DNA of 62,960 nucleotides, filler included, from Licmophora abbreviata (Eukaryota): NCBI GenBank assembly GCA_900291995.1. It is 11 parts of 11 records of this genome, joined end to end, with 100 filler letters (N's around TTAATTAATTAA, not from the genome) between each part and the next. Parts side by side here need not be neighbours in the genome. Positions count along the whole stretch, not along the records: positions 1 to 11,151 come from OLMU01002378.1; positions 11,252 to 19,666 come from OLMU01002382.1; 9 more parts are not named here. One strand, 5' to 3'. The notes beneath the pieces are model-generated. The model was not told where the DNA came from, did not search any database, and saw only the letters and a list, made by a program, of their open reading frames with translations. This document shows, one piece after another, positions 1 through 12,738 of this stretch (positions within the stretch are counted from its first letter, which is position 1; every line of letters starts with the position of its first letter). Made by a program: the position numbers and the translations under genes.

Positions 1-600
1 TCAGACTCGGGCGATGAGGTCGGCGGAAGTGGTGTGGGTAAGCAGCTTGGTGGAAAGCAAATCGTCCCTCCTCCAGTCGAAAACTTCAATCTCGGGGAGG
101 GTCTTGGCTTGCACGAGGAAGACGACGATGATCTTGGAACCAGCCAACTTGCTGCAAGCTGGAGCATATCTAAGCCTGCCACGTCGTCGTCCGGCAAGGA
201 TGACGTCAACGAAGACGACTGGGGCGCCGCTCGCGAAGAAGCAGCGGCTAGCAAGGCCCGGGAAGCTGAGCGCAAAGCTCTCGAGGAGAAGATCCATGCC
301 GATGCCGAGATGGCTAAGAACCAACGCCTTGCTGACGCGGCGGCGCGCGGAGATGAGATCCGTGCGCAGCGTATGGAGCAAGAGTCGAACGAAGCGCGTC
401 TTCGCGAACAGAAAGAAAAAGATGCCGATGATGCTCGCAAGGCTGCTCGTGAGGCAGCACGTGAACAGGTAAAATCGGTGGAGCAGACGGTCGACCTGGA
501 TGCTCAGCGTGACATTATGAAGCAGTTGTATGAGCAGAGCTTCCTTGACAAGGAGCTGGGAAGCGGAGGAGGAAGTCCGTCTTCGGACTTTGGATTCTAG
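1..600 (+). CDS. 3' end of a probable BET/GTE-type bromodomain protein (coiled coil plus BRD4-CTD-like tail); 5'-partial
   Basis: Frame is open from base 1. A charged helical run ends in AREQVKSVEQTVDLDAQRDIMKQLYEQSF, resembling the BRD4 C-terminal motif (TIDMNFQSDLLSIFE) and plant GTE tails. The bromodomain itself is not in the window. Confidence 0.55.
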   Translation, partial: SDSGDEVGGSGVGKQLGGKQIVPPPVENFNLGEGLGLHEEDDDDLGTSQLAASWSISKPATSSSGKDDVNEDDWGAAREEAAASKAREAERKALEEKIHADAEMAKNQRLADAAARGDEIRAQRMEQESNEARLREQKEKDADDARKAAREAAREQVKSVEQTVDLDAQRDIMKQLYEQSFLDKELGSGGGSPSSDFGF

Positions 601-808
601 TAATGAGAAGCGCTGGCTATGCGCCTGTAAATGAAAAATGAAGCGACGGCGGTCGCATTGGATGTGATTTGTGTGGTGATGATGTGTATGAGTATCGACG
701 CAGGGCTTCGATGTACGACATGAGCGTGTTGACAAAAGAAAAATGCAAAAATAAAAAATAATCTGGGGCTATCTTAGATGATGTGTACTTCGATGCGTGG
801 CATTACTG

Positions 809-2326
809 TTACTGGACATCAACGCCATTGTTGTTTACGCAGTCGCCATTCATCATCCGGACGAGGCTTTCTCCGTATGCATCTTGATCCCACGCCAGTG
901 CACGCTCTCGCGCACGCTTCCCAACCGCCGCCAACGCATCTGCATCTCGCAACGTCTCTTCCAAATTCTCCATTCCCAGGACACCTTGGATACTTGCCGA
1001 CATGGGTACCGCCAGAACGGCGTCCTCTCCCAACAAACTGATCGCACCAACTTGCCCTCCATCCGCCACAATGGACGGCACTCCAAACGCCGCCGCTTCA
1101 ATAATCGTCATACCAAAGGCATCGTACGAGCACGGGTGAAAGTTGAGAGATGCATGCGACAGCAATGCCGCCAGCGCAGGAGGCTGTAGAAAGTGCGATA
1201 CGATCACAGCATTGGGTGCGGCCTCTCTCAACGTGGACTGTGCCTTATGCGCATGGGCCGGATCGGCTTCGGCGCCAACCAATACTGGAATCATATTGCA
1301 TTCCCGTAACGTAGTAGCTGACTGCTGACAAAAATGAGCAAAGCGCATGGCCTCCTTTTCAGGAGACAATCGAACAAGGCAAGTGAGAAAGGACGGCGGT
1401 AGGATGGCTCCATTCTCAGGGCGGCGGTGCAAGGCATCTCGAAATGCATCCAACAAGTGGTCTTCCCAAGCATTCATGTGTTGCAGTTTGGTAGCGTACT
1501 GCAGCGCCAACTCTTGTATATCTGCTCGCAACGGTGGTTGCAGTACATGTGTGCTTGGTAGCCTAGTAGTATCAGTAGTAGTAGTAGTAGTCGAAGTACT
1601 GAGTTGCGTGGGCAAGAGGAGTGTTTGCAGTTCACGCAGATCGACCTGGGACAGTGTCACCACCACCCCCGCATCCTCCAATACGTCGCGTTCCTTCTCT
1701 TCATACCACAGTTTCTCTTGATCATGTCCACTTCCAAGTGCAAAGATGCGAAAATTAAGATATGCAAGAAGGGATGACGATGGGTCACGACGTAATATCG
1801 CAGGAATACTTCGCCAGGCACAACCTCCCGTCCAATCCACCACGGCAGATTGGACCATCACCTCTGCCGAAGTATGATGTCGTCGTCGTCCCTGCTGCTG
1901 CTGGGCCATCGACACTAGCAACAATCCTTTCAAGGTGTTTTGATCCGATGGATTTAATCGATTCCAATGAAACTCCTCCCAGCACGAATGTCGATCCAGT
2001 CGTTTCCATCCCTTGTGGACAGTCGTAGTGATGACGTTCAGATTCTGCTCTTGTGGAAAGGTCAATTCGGGCATAGTCAAATGATGGGAATGCCACGACG
2101 AGTCCTCCTTTTTAAGATCGCCATTCGAAGCCGTAGACGTGTTCGTTTTTGACGCAGGTCGACAACACCACACCGTCACGGCACAATCCTGTCGCAACAA
2201 GGACTTGACGACGGATCGTGCTAGAATACCATTGCCGCTAAACGGCGCGTACGTGAATTCGTACGTGAGGAGGAGAATGTGACGACGAGGAGAGGAGGGG
2301 GCTGGCTGGGCACTTTCATTCGTCAT
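809..2326 (-). CDS. Glycosyltransferase family 4 (GT-B fold)
   Basis: N-terminal ILLLTYEF..FSGNG motif; RLSPEKE; C-terminal HPCSYDAFGMTIIEAAAFGVP (D/E-x7-E GT4 motif). Likely ATG at 2326. Confidence 0.85.
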   Translation of the reverse strand: MTNESAQPAPSSPRRHILLLTYEFTYAPFSGNGILARSVVKSLLRQDCAVTVWCCRPASKTNTSTASNGDLKKEDSSWHSHHLTMPELTFPQEQNLNVITTTVHKGWKRLDRHSCWEEFHWNRLNPSDQNTLKGLLLVSMAQQQQGRRRHHTSAEVMVQSAVVDWTGGCAWRSIPAILRRDPSSSLLAYLNFRIFALGSGHDQEKLWYEEKERDVLEDAGVVVTLSQVDLRELQTLLLPTQLSTSTTTTTTDTTRLPSTHVLQPPLRADIQELALQYATKLQHMNAWEDHLLDAFRDALHRRPENGAILPPSFLTCLVRLSPEKEAMRFAHFCQQSATTLRECNMIPVLVGAEADPAHAHKAQSTLREAAPNAVIVSHFLQPPALAALLSHASLNFHPCSYDAFGMTIIEAAAFGVPSIVADGGQVGAISLLGEDAVLAVPMSASIQGVLGMENLEETLRDADALAAVGKRARERALAWDQDAYGESLVRMMNGDCVNNNGVDVQ

Positions 2327-2809
2327 GGCAGGGTGTATGTTTGCAACTTTGGAACGTAGAGGTCTCACGAGGAGTGCAAATGAAACGAAGTTTGTGCTTC
2401 CGCAGCGTCATCCTCATGTTGGTCATCGCGGTTGTATGCAGAAAAGAAAAAGCGAAGGATCTTTTGCGAAGGTGCGAAAACTTAGCACTTGTATCTTCTT
2501 CCATTCCGTACTCATTATTAACAATGACCTTCGAAAAAGCGATAGAGAGTATCGCATACAGGATTGAATCATTGGACTCGACTTCAAGTCTTCCACAGTC
2601 TGGACAATGACCACGGCCAGACTCTTTTTTCACTTGCGCCGGACAGACACACAATGATACCGCGCACCCCCCCAAACTTTCTTCTTCTCACGAAAATGCG
2701 ACGCCGCGGTGTGATGACAATGGGATTCTGGCGAAACTTACCTTACAAGTCACTGAGCGTTCTCGCGTCTTTTCCCTACTGCACTCTCTAAAGAAGTACC
2801 GGTATAACC

Positions 2810-5800
2810 ATGTCAACTGGTACAGGAGTATCATCATCCGCAGCATCAGGCAAGAATGATACTTCAAAATCTTCCTCTGACATGCATCTCATTCTCAAAA
2901 TCTCGGAAGCCTGTCAAAAGCATGCCTTATTTCATACTTCAAATTCTACTGCATTCATAGCATCATCTTTAGACGACGAAATACCTCCCCATTGCAAACG
3001 CGACTTGGACGTCTTGCGTCAGATTCTTCCTCGAGTAGAGCGTGCCTATCACGACAACGAAAACATCAACGTGCACCATCCCACCAACATTCAACATCTT
3101 TGTGACTTTTATACACTCGTCCTCACGGGTGGATACTGTCCCCATGCGCCTCGATTATTTCAATTTGGAAGGGATGGGAGGGAAAGTAAGTGAAAAAGGG
3201 AAGAGTACTGAAGAAGTATATATTTTGCCAGAAAGTGCGAATCATGTGTGAAGTGCCATGTCGGTGGCAAGTTTCAAAACTCACGGAGTTTTCTCACCAC
3301 TCTTGTCCGTTTACTCTTAGTCATTCCCCGTATACTCTGGCTTTATCAGTATCTGACAAGTAAACCGTTGATTCAAAATACAATCGCATCGCTAGCAGAG
3401 GAAAGCAGCAGCAGCGGTGACACTACTACTACACCGTCTGTGCCCTCTTGTTCCACCACGATTTCGACCACCATCGCCCGTATGCTTGGCCAAATTCCTG
3501 AAACGGCCTTGCAAGACTGCATTATCCAAGATTTACTCCATCTCTCATTGGATCTAGCTACAATCATTGCATCCTACCATGATTGTGATCCAGAAGCAAA
3601 CGTATCTTGTTGGGATACTACGACTACTACTACGAGTAGTAGTAGTAATCCCATTCAAGTATCCATCTTTGGACAAATTATTCGTCAGAGTGTGGCGTTG
3701 TCGTGTGTACCAGATATGAAACATCGTGTACTTCAAGTCAAGAATATCGGGGTCGCGTGGTCCTTATTGGATGCGACATACTCTATACTCCTACGCTATC
3801 TACAAGGTGTCCGTAGCAAGATGGAATCCAACGAGGAAACGACGACGACCCATGTTGCTGAGTCCATCTTTCTTTCACCGAATCCAGATGCGCACTTGTA
3901 TGGAATTACGGCAAGTCGGACACATGACTTGTTGGCAAGTATACGGCAAGTACTCTTGTATCGACAGACAGAATCTTCTGTACTATCAATTCTGTTGAGG
4001 TGTCAAGCTACCGCCTTGACGCTGCTGGAAGCTCTGTGGGATGATGCTGTATCCTCTGGATTTGGTGGTGGTACGAACAGGAGCATCCTTGTGGAAGCTG
4101 CTTTATTAGTGAGTCGGACGTGTGCGAAACATATCGAATCGGGAGGGGGGCAGTTGCAATCGTCGACATCATCATCGTCGCTGACAGGGTTGCTCGTCAA
4201 GGCTATCATCGCCTTGCCGTCGAGCGATGACGATGACATGATCCAAAACGAAATTCGAAGGACGGCACTATGTCCATTGTTGACCTGTCTGCCGAAGATT
4301 GCCAGTGGAGGAGTGGCGGATGTGTCGTTATTGACAGTCGTTCTACGGGCCATCCACGCTTGCATATCCACCAGCATCTCGTTTGCAAGAGACTATTGCG
4401 AAGCGCGTGGGCTATTTCGATACTTGCTGGAAATTGCATTGTATCACCCTTGTCATGATATAGAGGAAGAACTTGGTCATATTGCTGTGGCGATTGTAGC
4501 GATGCTTTACAACGGCGATGGATCGTCGTCGCCGCCGATGCAGAGGTCAGATGTGTCGGCCGCCTCTCGGTGGGCGCTCATGCCAGCCTGGACTGTGGAT
4601 GAAGATGAGACGGCACCAACCAAGAAGCAGCAGAAGCCTGCTACTAATCAGTCGAACGAGGTCATGGTGGATGTAGCTGAGAAAACTCTGGATTTGGACA
4701 TGAAAAAGCGACAGCGATCGCAAGCTAAAGTCCAAGCGCAGCCTCTTGTCATTGAGCGGTCGCCAAAGAGGAGGCGGCACAAAGATCCTAGGACACAATC
4801 ATTTCTCAACACACCATCCCCTAAGGCAATTGATGAACGCGAAACGAACGCGATACAGAGTCAACTACAGGGCACATCACTTCAGGAGGTAATGGGAGTT
4901 TGTTTTCGGAAAGGACGCGAGTGTGCCGACACGATATTGAGGTTGACAGATCTTGATCGAGACTTGCTAGGGGCCACGACAGGAGCTGCGGAAACCCGAA
5001 TGGTGGCAGCAGTTGCCTGCCTCCTCATGACAACGTTGTCAAATGTTTTGCGCAGTGTGGACTTGAAGGATGATGATCCGCTGCCGGAAGCACATGCGTC
5101 GTCACTTCACCTCCTAGAGCTACTGATGAGAGCGCTGAATACAGTGGCGGACTCGCTCTCGGCCCGAATACAAAATCAAAAGATGGATACCTCCTTGGAC
5201 ACGATGCAATCGATATCTCTGGTTTCGAATGTGGGCCTGCACGCACATCTTAGGATTGGCGACCTAGCAGCGCGGGTACTCGACGGTTCTCTGCCTGTGA
5301 GAGACTGCCTCGATTCCATTGCTAGGCTCGCATTGACTTCATGGACACGCTTTGATGGCGATGCTACGGCGAGTGATACGATAACCGACGATACCTGCAC
5401 TGGCCTTTGTGAGGAGCTGAGAAATGCGATGTCTTGTAGATGTGTTTCTCGCCTTGGCTCCTCCCGCAGGGCTCCGTGTCCCTGTGGGGTAAAACCCCCG
5501 CCCGATGAGCTCATCAGCCTCAGTGAACCCGCCGAAAGTCGACAAGATGCATATCAGAGTGACATCGCTATGGCTGTCACTCGTGGACTACCGGCACATG
5601 CGAGGTACGCCCAAATTAGTTCACCGAATGTAGCAATGACTACCTGCTCTGTGAAACTCACGAATTGTCTCTTCGCATATAGGTGGGCTTTGCTTGCGTG
5701 TCTCAGACCGGTCGCTGGTGATGTGCCTCATCCTTGCTCAAACATCATCGATGCAAGAAAAGGTCCCACAGCTGACTTTGGATCACGCCAGCTATGTTTT

Positions 5801-8800
5801 GCAGTTGAATTGTCACCGCTATATCTCGTGTCTCAGGTTGTGCGGCGCCGTCAGATGGCTACGAGCATACTGTCCAACAAAGATGACGGTGTTGTGAAGG
5901 TGGCGACTCTCCTTTCCAGAGCGCATTTTGAGCCTCTATTGGACCCTATCTCGAAGCGAACAGCCCCGCGGAGCTACTACGTGACGCTACTTAGGTTCCA
6001 AGAGATGCTCAGCTTGACCGCGACGGTCGATCAAGCTACGGAACCCGTTGATGCTACGTGTTACGATGCCTTGCTCCATCGGGTTGCCGGTCACGCCCCC
6101 TCCCTTTTGTCGTTCATCGGGGGGAGGCCGCTTTTGGCTCTCCAACCGCCTCTGGAAATGGTAAAGGTTAGCAAGCACCCTGCAATAAACGGGATGAATG
6201 TGAAGTATCGGCAGCTTCGCAATGCAGTGCTAAATTTGCCGTCGGATTACCAAATAGAGGCAAAGCTATCTGCACGGGTCAGAATGATGAAATGGAACTG
6301 CGTGGCAAAAGCGTGCTCCGACTCGGCTCTATCAGAACTACGGCAAATCTGCGGCTCCGTAGAAAGCGCGGACGATTCGCCCGTTGGACCTCCCGATGAC
6401 GAGCGTTGTAGACTGTTCAATCCGAGTAACGTCGTGGAATGGATTGTCTTTGCGTCTCTCGCTGATTCTGATCGAACGCTGAGAGATCACGCTGCTGAAC
6501 GCGTTGGATCAGTCCTATTCAGTGGCAAAGCCAATCTTATGTACGCTCTTTTTTCAACGGATCACGAGTACCACACTCTGAGTCGGGACTCCTTGGGAAT
6601 CCCAGAGCCGTCTGGCCAGAGTAACCCGATTGCATCGCGTGTGGCGTCTCGACTCTTTCGAGAGGTCGACCACCTCTTGTTCAAGTTCTGCTACGTTCCG
6701 CCGTCGCAACTATCGTTCACAATAGGTTCGACTGCACTGAATGCATCGTCTAATACGAACCCCACCGTCGGGACTGAGATTTCGGAGGAGGCTTTCTCTT
6801 TTCAGTGCTCAGCTCTGAAAGTACTGGCCTCGTTTTGCAGAGCTGTAGACGTTCGAACATCCTGTGGGATCTGCATCTTCGAAAATGCGGTGTTGAGGCT
6901 GGTTCGATTCTGGACATCAACAGACAAGTCTCATTTCATACAGACAGAATCAGGCCCATTATCTTCGACTTCCATTTCGGCGTGCGCGCTGGGGGAAATC
7001 TCAAGAGTTCATCGCGAAAGACCGCTTCGTCGTATTATTCGCTCGCAGTGCTTGGAAACTTTTGCGCCTGCACTCTTCGCCGACGTTCTTCTTCCATGTG
7101 CGAACACTGTGTCGCTACATGGAGGACAGGAGATTGATTCGTACTTTCGTGAAAGTCGCAAGCGACAGTTCGGGTTCTTGACTACCTTTGTGAAACTTTT
7201 TTTATTAGCTGGAGAAGGCAATGAAAACGAGCTCTCGGTAACTCATGTTCTGGATTTCGCTGTGGAGGTGCAGCCACACATTGTCGTTTCCTTTATTCTC
7301 GAGAAGGACTATGATCTTCTAAAGATTACAACAGCTTATATACTGTATCTGATGGGAGAGAAACGACGTCAGCAGAAGCGCAGGAGTCGCGAAGAGACTC
7401 AGCTTGTTCCGGCATCATCGAGAATCGTTGGAAAGTCGCCTAAGGTTGCCGTTGACGGTACAAAAGTTCCTGGTCTGGATACTGTTGCCACACACCTCGA
7501 AAAGCAAACGTTGTCTCTATGCCTTGCACCCGAAACAATTGAAACTATTGTACCTCGCCTTCTCACCAACCCAGACCGATCCCAGCTTGTCTTTTTTCTT
7601 CAGGTTGTTCTAAAGAACGACCTGAGCTTGCAAAAGATGATCTCTTCGAGAGAAAAACCCATGCTTAAAGCGATCCTTTGGGAGCTTGGACGCGGGATCG
7701 AATGTGGAAACCAGGCCGACCAGGCTTTGCAGCGAGCTGCTTTGGCGCGGGAGCAGACCTCGCTTGGGAGTTCAGCAGGCTCAGTTGAAAAGGCCCGAAT
7801 CGCTACAGTTCCACGATACTCTTCATCTGGGAACCGCGATGGCGTTGGCTCTGAGGTTGACCATCGATTGGCTGCAGACGCTGTTACCCGATGGGTGACC
7901 CCCAGCTTCATGTACTTGCTAGTCAATGTGGTGCAGAAGAATGTCAATACCGATACTTCGCAGGCAATGAGAAGCTTGAAATGGATGTTGAAGTATCTGC
8001 TGCCCGACGAAGCTGCTCAATATATCCCACAACTAATCTCGGTAGTCAACACGGCGATGTCGAACGATCAGAGATCCTCAGAGGATACTGTGGTAGGCGA
8101 ACGCTTCGGCTATAGACGACTTCTTGCGGTCGAGATTCTATCGCAGTATGTCCGTCTTCTCGCCGAATCACAATGGGAGATCGTTGGGCAGAATTTGACT
8201 ACCATTGTTGTCTCCTTGTTCCCCGCGCTGATTCGCGAGGAGGAGACTACCGCTTTGACCTCAGATTTCTCATCACGAGATGCAAATAGAGTCGCGATTG
8301 ACCTGCTGGAGTGGCTTACGGCCGGCCGACTCGGCAAGAAACTAGCCCCGTTCTTCAAGGATATCCCTTTTCTGCCGACTACACAAGCTCTTGATACGAC
8401 GCGCGATGCCTTGAAGGCGAATGGTGTCGACTTTGACAACCATTTGGTTGTATTGCCAACTCAGAATACCCAAGGGCTTTCAGCTCGTGATAGCGTTGCA
8501 AGTGATGGCGGAAGTAGTGGTCGTAATAGCGAGTCAGATTCTCGACGATACAGCTCGCGTGCGGTAGAGGCTATCCGAAAGCGTATCATTACATTAAACC
8601 CTCTTCTCTCTCACGAGAATTTGGGCGTCCGACGAGTTGTCTTGCGTCATCTGGTTGATCTCTTGCGAGCCAACAGAGGATTGTTTCATCGCTTGATTGA
8701 AATCGAGGATAGGTCATCGGCCAGCCGTTTTCTTACGGTTGATTACAGTTCTTCCGGTGAGTAATGTCGAAAGAGTGTGCTTCGATCCAATCAACAAAAA

Positions 8801-11151
8801 GTGGTTGACGTCTCACTCCACGACTGTACTTGAGATTAGGATCGTCCAATGGTAGCGTAACACTCCTTGCGCAGACGCTCTTGGCGAGGTGCGCGACGGA
8901 AGACGATAACAGCACACGAGTCCTTCTCGCGACTTGCTGGGGCGAAGTTGGAGCTATTGGCGCCCACCTGCTTGGCGAAATTAGCATCGGCAGCTTGTCT
9001 GGTGAGGGGAAGACTAAATCTGGGGAGAACAGTCAGGCGTGGCGACTGTCAAACGCACCTTGGCAGAGCCAGCCAACTCGCTATCAACTGCACGTAGTAA
9101 CAACGCAGTTGGTAGTTGCTCTCAGGGCGGCTGTCACGGCACCTGATCAGCATAGCATTGCGTTTACGATTCAACAGATACTTGTTCTTTTGGATCGATC
9201 TGCCATTGGCGGACAAAGAAATAACGAAAGTGTGGTCACGGCCGAAACAGTGATGGATGAGGCAATGACAAAAACCAAAGGTGAAATGAGTGAATGGCTG
9301 AGGGAAAAACTATTGAAGGCGGATGTTCTAGAGACAATCGAGCCTTTCTGGCATTCGCAGTTTAATCTGACGGTGCGTTACAATACTCACTCTGAACTCT
9401 GGCGTATAATCAAAATTCCTCACCCCACGTTTACTTTGCTTTCAGAACGAAGGCCCTTCTACGTCGAAGCGGACACCTCCATTCTTTGGAAAGTCAATTT
9501 CCTACTTCTCTTGGCTGTCTCAGTGGTGTAGATACATGGTGAACCGTTCTAAGGGGAGCAGACACAGCGAATGGGGCGCGTTTCTCCACTCGTGTCGTCG
9601 AGCCTTTCGCTCTCATGTTGGGCTGCGACTCGCCGAATTCATTCTTCCTCTACTTCTCCTCGAGAGACTGTGTTTTGGTGACATCGACGATCATCAAATG
9701 ATAGTCAAAGAATTATTGGACGTTCTTCATATCGACATCAGAACAGGTGGAGAAACGAACTTGACTAGTATGCCTCTGCCGGAATGTCACAAAGCCGTCG
9801 GCACTGTGTTTGACGCTTTGGATACTCTTCAAGCGTGGTCAGATAGCGAAGTCGAGAAAAAGTATGGTGGGTCCCGGTCCCAGAAACGACACGTGGTAGG
9901 TACAAGCACCGATTCAGGCGGCTTCTGGTCCTCCGATGAAAGCATTACGAAGATTTCAGATCTTCTGCATGCGATTCCTCTCGACCTGAGAGCCCGAGCC
10001 GCATCGAATGTCGGGATGCATGCTCGCTCGCTTCAGCTCCTAGAAATGGCAGCCCGGGAAAGTCTTGTAGGGACCGTGTATGACTGCTCTTCTAACGACC
10101 TTGCCACCAAAATGTCCGAACACGGTGCGAAGGGTAGAGTTCGGCCAGGGATCATTGGCCGACATATCGTCCATGGTATTGACAGAAGGGCTTTGAAGGA
10201 CGTGCTGGCTCAGCTAGACGACTACGAAACTTTCGAGGGGATTATCGAGGATGTCAACTCTGCACTACACGCAGGAGATGGCATCCGACAGAAGGAGGCT
10301 CGTGGCGACTGGCCAGGTGCGGTTCAGGACTATGAGAGAATCTTGCAGCTCAATGATCAGTCGGACTTGCGGTCGACTTATGAAGGAGGTCTGCTTCGCT
10401 GTCTTCTTGAGTCAGGTCAGTTCGAAAGTGTTTTGAACCAGGTTCACGGCATTGTGAACCGAAACAAAGCCTTGGAAAACAGCAACGTCTCGGGTGCAGA
10501 TTCCACTAAGGCTCTTCCATTCGCCATTGAAGCTTCCTGGCGGCTGGGGAAATGGTCAGAATTGGAAAAGATCCTTGACGATGATCTGAAATCTCTATCA
10601 AATGGAAAGCATCGGGACAGCAATGAAGTGTTTCAGATTTCCGTTGGTCAGGCGATGCGCGGGCTGTATCGCCGTTCAATGGAGACGGTGGTCAGGTCGT
10701 TGAGGGTCGCGAGGGAAGCCGTGATGCTGCCTCTCGGGAACGTTGCCCGGGAAAGCTACGCTCGTTCGTATCCGCATCTCGTCAAGCTGCATTGCCTACG
10801 AGAGATCGAGGATTCGTGTTCTCTCATGTGCATGGAAGACGAACGCAGAGTAAAGAGCGATGTTTCATATTTTGCCGACGTGGCTCTCTCTGAAAATCTT
10901 GATGGCTGGAATTGGGAGGGGCGTCTTGACGTTGTGGCATCATCAGATTGTTCCGATGTTGTCAGCGCACGTCTGGCACTCGCAAGGCTTGCTGGAGACC
11001 CGACCCTGGAGGGTTCTTTGTTCTTGACGACAGGAAGGAAGGCGCGCAAATCGGGACAGTACCACGTCGCAGAGAACTCACTCGCGCATGCGGAGTCTGC
11101 CTTCCTTCGCTCCAAATCCCTGAGTGAGATCGTCGGGGTGCCTATTAAACT
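2810..11151 (+). CDS. ATR: ATR/Mec1 PIKK checkpoint kinase: HEAT, UME and FAT regions; kinase domain lost in the assembly gap
   Basis: ATR-like motifs IVGQNLTTIVVSL, KDIPFLP, SHENLGVR, CWGEVGAI, QHSIAFTIQQIL, LAEFILP, IPLDLRARAA..HARSLQLLE, EASWRLGKW, ESYARSYPHLVKLH, ARKSGQY. Predicted introns 5605-5682, 8757-8839, 9373-9445. The junction near 3186-3247 is unresolved. Confidence 0.88.
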
Positions 11152-11251
11152 NNNNNNNNNNNNNNNNNNNNNNNNNNNNNNNNNNNNNNNNNNNNTTAAT
11201 TAATTAANNNNNNNNNNNNNNNNNNNNNNNNNNNNNNNNNNNNNNNNNNNN
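11152..11251. other. Artificial contig spacer N44-TTAATTAATTAA-N44; same spacer at 19667-19766, 26878-26977, 28812-28911, 36715-36814, 50313-50412, 56198-56297, 57944-58043, 59083-59182 and 61804-61903
   Basis: Identical 100-nt block repeated ten times; the 12-mer puts stop codons in all six frames, a standard contig-joining linker. Confidence 0.98.
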
Positions 11252-11613
11252 ACAGACTTCATGGCATTCGGATTGCATGTGGTCCAAGAATGATTAAAGT
11301 AGGGTTACAGTGAGAGGTTATGTGATGAGTCCATGTCGCATGTCTCATCTCACGAAAGTGTCAACCAGAAAATTGACTTGTTCGACTCAAGGGCTGCGCG
11401 ATGATCTCATGGTCTGTCCGTAGTGCGTCACGGCAATCCATGCCCAAGAAACACAAGAGGACGACGATGCCCTGTGTGTGAGTGAGGACACATGTCTCTC
11501 TGCCATGGATCAACGCTCCCATGAAAGTCCCTCTGAAATGCGTCGTACCGAAGGCGCGCTCGTAGTCGTTCACGACGTGCCTTTTTTCGAATCACTCTTA
11601 GTTTGTTGCTGTC

Positions 11614-12738
11614 ATGATGAGTTCGAGCGGCAGTAATACGAAGAAGCACTCCGTCGTTCACTCTGTCGTGCTAGTACTTGCAGTCCTTGTTGCTATCGTA
11701 CTTCCGCTTCCAGTTTTCTCGCTAGTAGCATCTGCAGGGAGGTCATCCCCATCATTGTCACTCATTACAGTTCTGAACCCACGGACGCAACGAAGAATAC
11801 GTTTGGGGGGTCCGACCTACAATGATCTCATTTCAACAGGCGAATGGGTCCAGCACGAGGGGACTTTGAAACGATTGGATCTCAAAGCACTGCCTACACT
11901 ACGTGACGACTTTCGATCTCATGACGAGACGACAGAAACGGATTCAGGATTGTTCCAAGACGAGGCATCCGAGAAAAACTGCAGCGACGATTGGCATGTC
12001 ATTCGACCGTCAGTAGTGGCAGAGTCATCCTCGCCGGATGATCAGCGCCATCGTAGGAGTCTTACGGCAGCTGAGGAGTTGCAACTTGGAGAACAGCTTT
12101 TGTTTGTGTACAAACCAGCCGGTCTGCACTGCGTGCCACCTCGAGACCCATCCGTCGACTCCTTGTCGTCCCAGGTATTACAGATGATGATGGAGACACA
12201 TCCGAATGCCAATCCCTTCGTCAGACCATGTCATCGATTGGATCGAGATACGTCTGGAATTGTAGTCTTTGGATTGACCAAGGAAGCACACCGCGAGGTT
12301 TCCATGCAGTTTGAGGCTCGCACCACCCGTAAAACGTACGTGGCGCTGGTTGCTGGCCATCCTCACACCGACGGTGGGACTGTTGACATGCCTATCGGCA
12401 AAACGATGACACGAGAAGGCTTCAACAGATGGACGATAAATACGAATGCCGAAAAGGCAAGAGAGGCCATTACGGTTTGGCGTCTTGACAGAACTTATAC
12501 TCATGCTGCAAATGGTGCCACGCATTCACGTGTCATTTTGGAACCCAAGACGGGTCGAGGACACCAACTGAGACTTCACATGAAGGCAATCGGCTGTCCT
12601 ATACTGGGAGATACCATTCACCATGATGACAGAGCAGGCGTGGCAGCTTGTTCTCCCCGTCTGTGCTTGCATGCTTTCAAACTACAACTTGATTGGAACG
12701 GCCGAAGACTGGAAGCGGAGAGCGTGGCGCCATTTTGA
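11614..12738 (+). CDS. RluA-family RNA pseudouridine synthase with N-terminal signal peptide (probably organelle-targeted)
   Basis: VYKPAGL, catalytic HRLDRDTSG, KTYVALV, TGRGHQLRLHM, PILGD, RLCLHA; hydrophobic N-terminus VVLVLAVLVAIVLPLP. Confidence 0.92.
   Translation: MMSSSGSNTKKHSVVHSVVLVLAVLVAIVLPLPVFSLVASAGRSSPSLSLITVLNPRTQRRIRLGGPTYNDLISTGEWVQHEGTLKRLDLKALPTLRDDFRSHDETTETDSGLFQDEASEKNCSDDWHVIRPSVVAESSSPDDQRHRRSLTAAEELQLGEQLLFVYKPAGLHCVPPRDPSVDSLSSQVLQMMMETHPNANPFVRPCHRLDRDTSGIVVFGLTKEAHREVSMQFEARTTRKTYVALVAGHPHTDGGTVDMPIGKTMTREGFNRWTINTNAEKAREAITVWRLDRTYTHAANGATHSRVILEPKTGRGHQLRLHMKAIGCPILGDTIHHDDRAGVAACSPRLCLHAFKLQLDWNGRRLEAESVAPF

Noticed and set aside
1..735. 244-aa minus-strand ORF
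   Set aside because: Antisense shadow of the charged coiled-coil gene; no recognisable motifs.
2810..11151. ATR as a naturally kinase-less truncated gene
   Set aside because: The ORF runs open into an assembly gap, so the missing domain is most simply unassembled.
11196..11207. TTAATTAATTAA repeated ten times, superficially a dispersed repeat or array
   Set aside because: Always centred in 44+44 Ns; a synthetic six-frame-stop linker.
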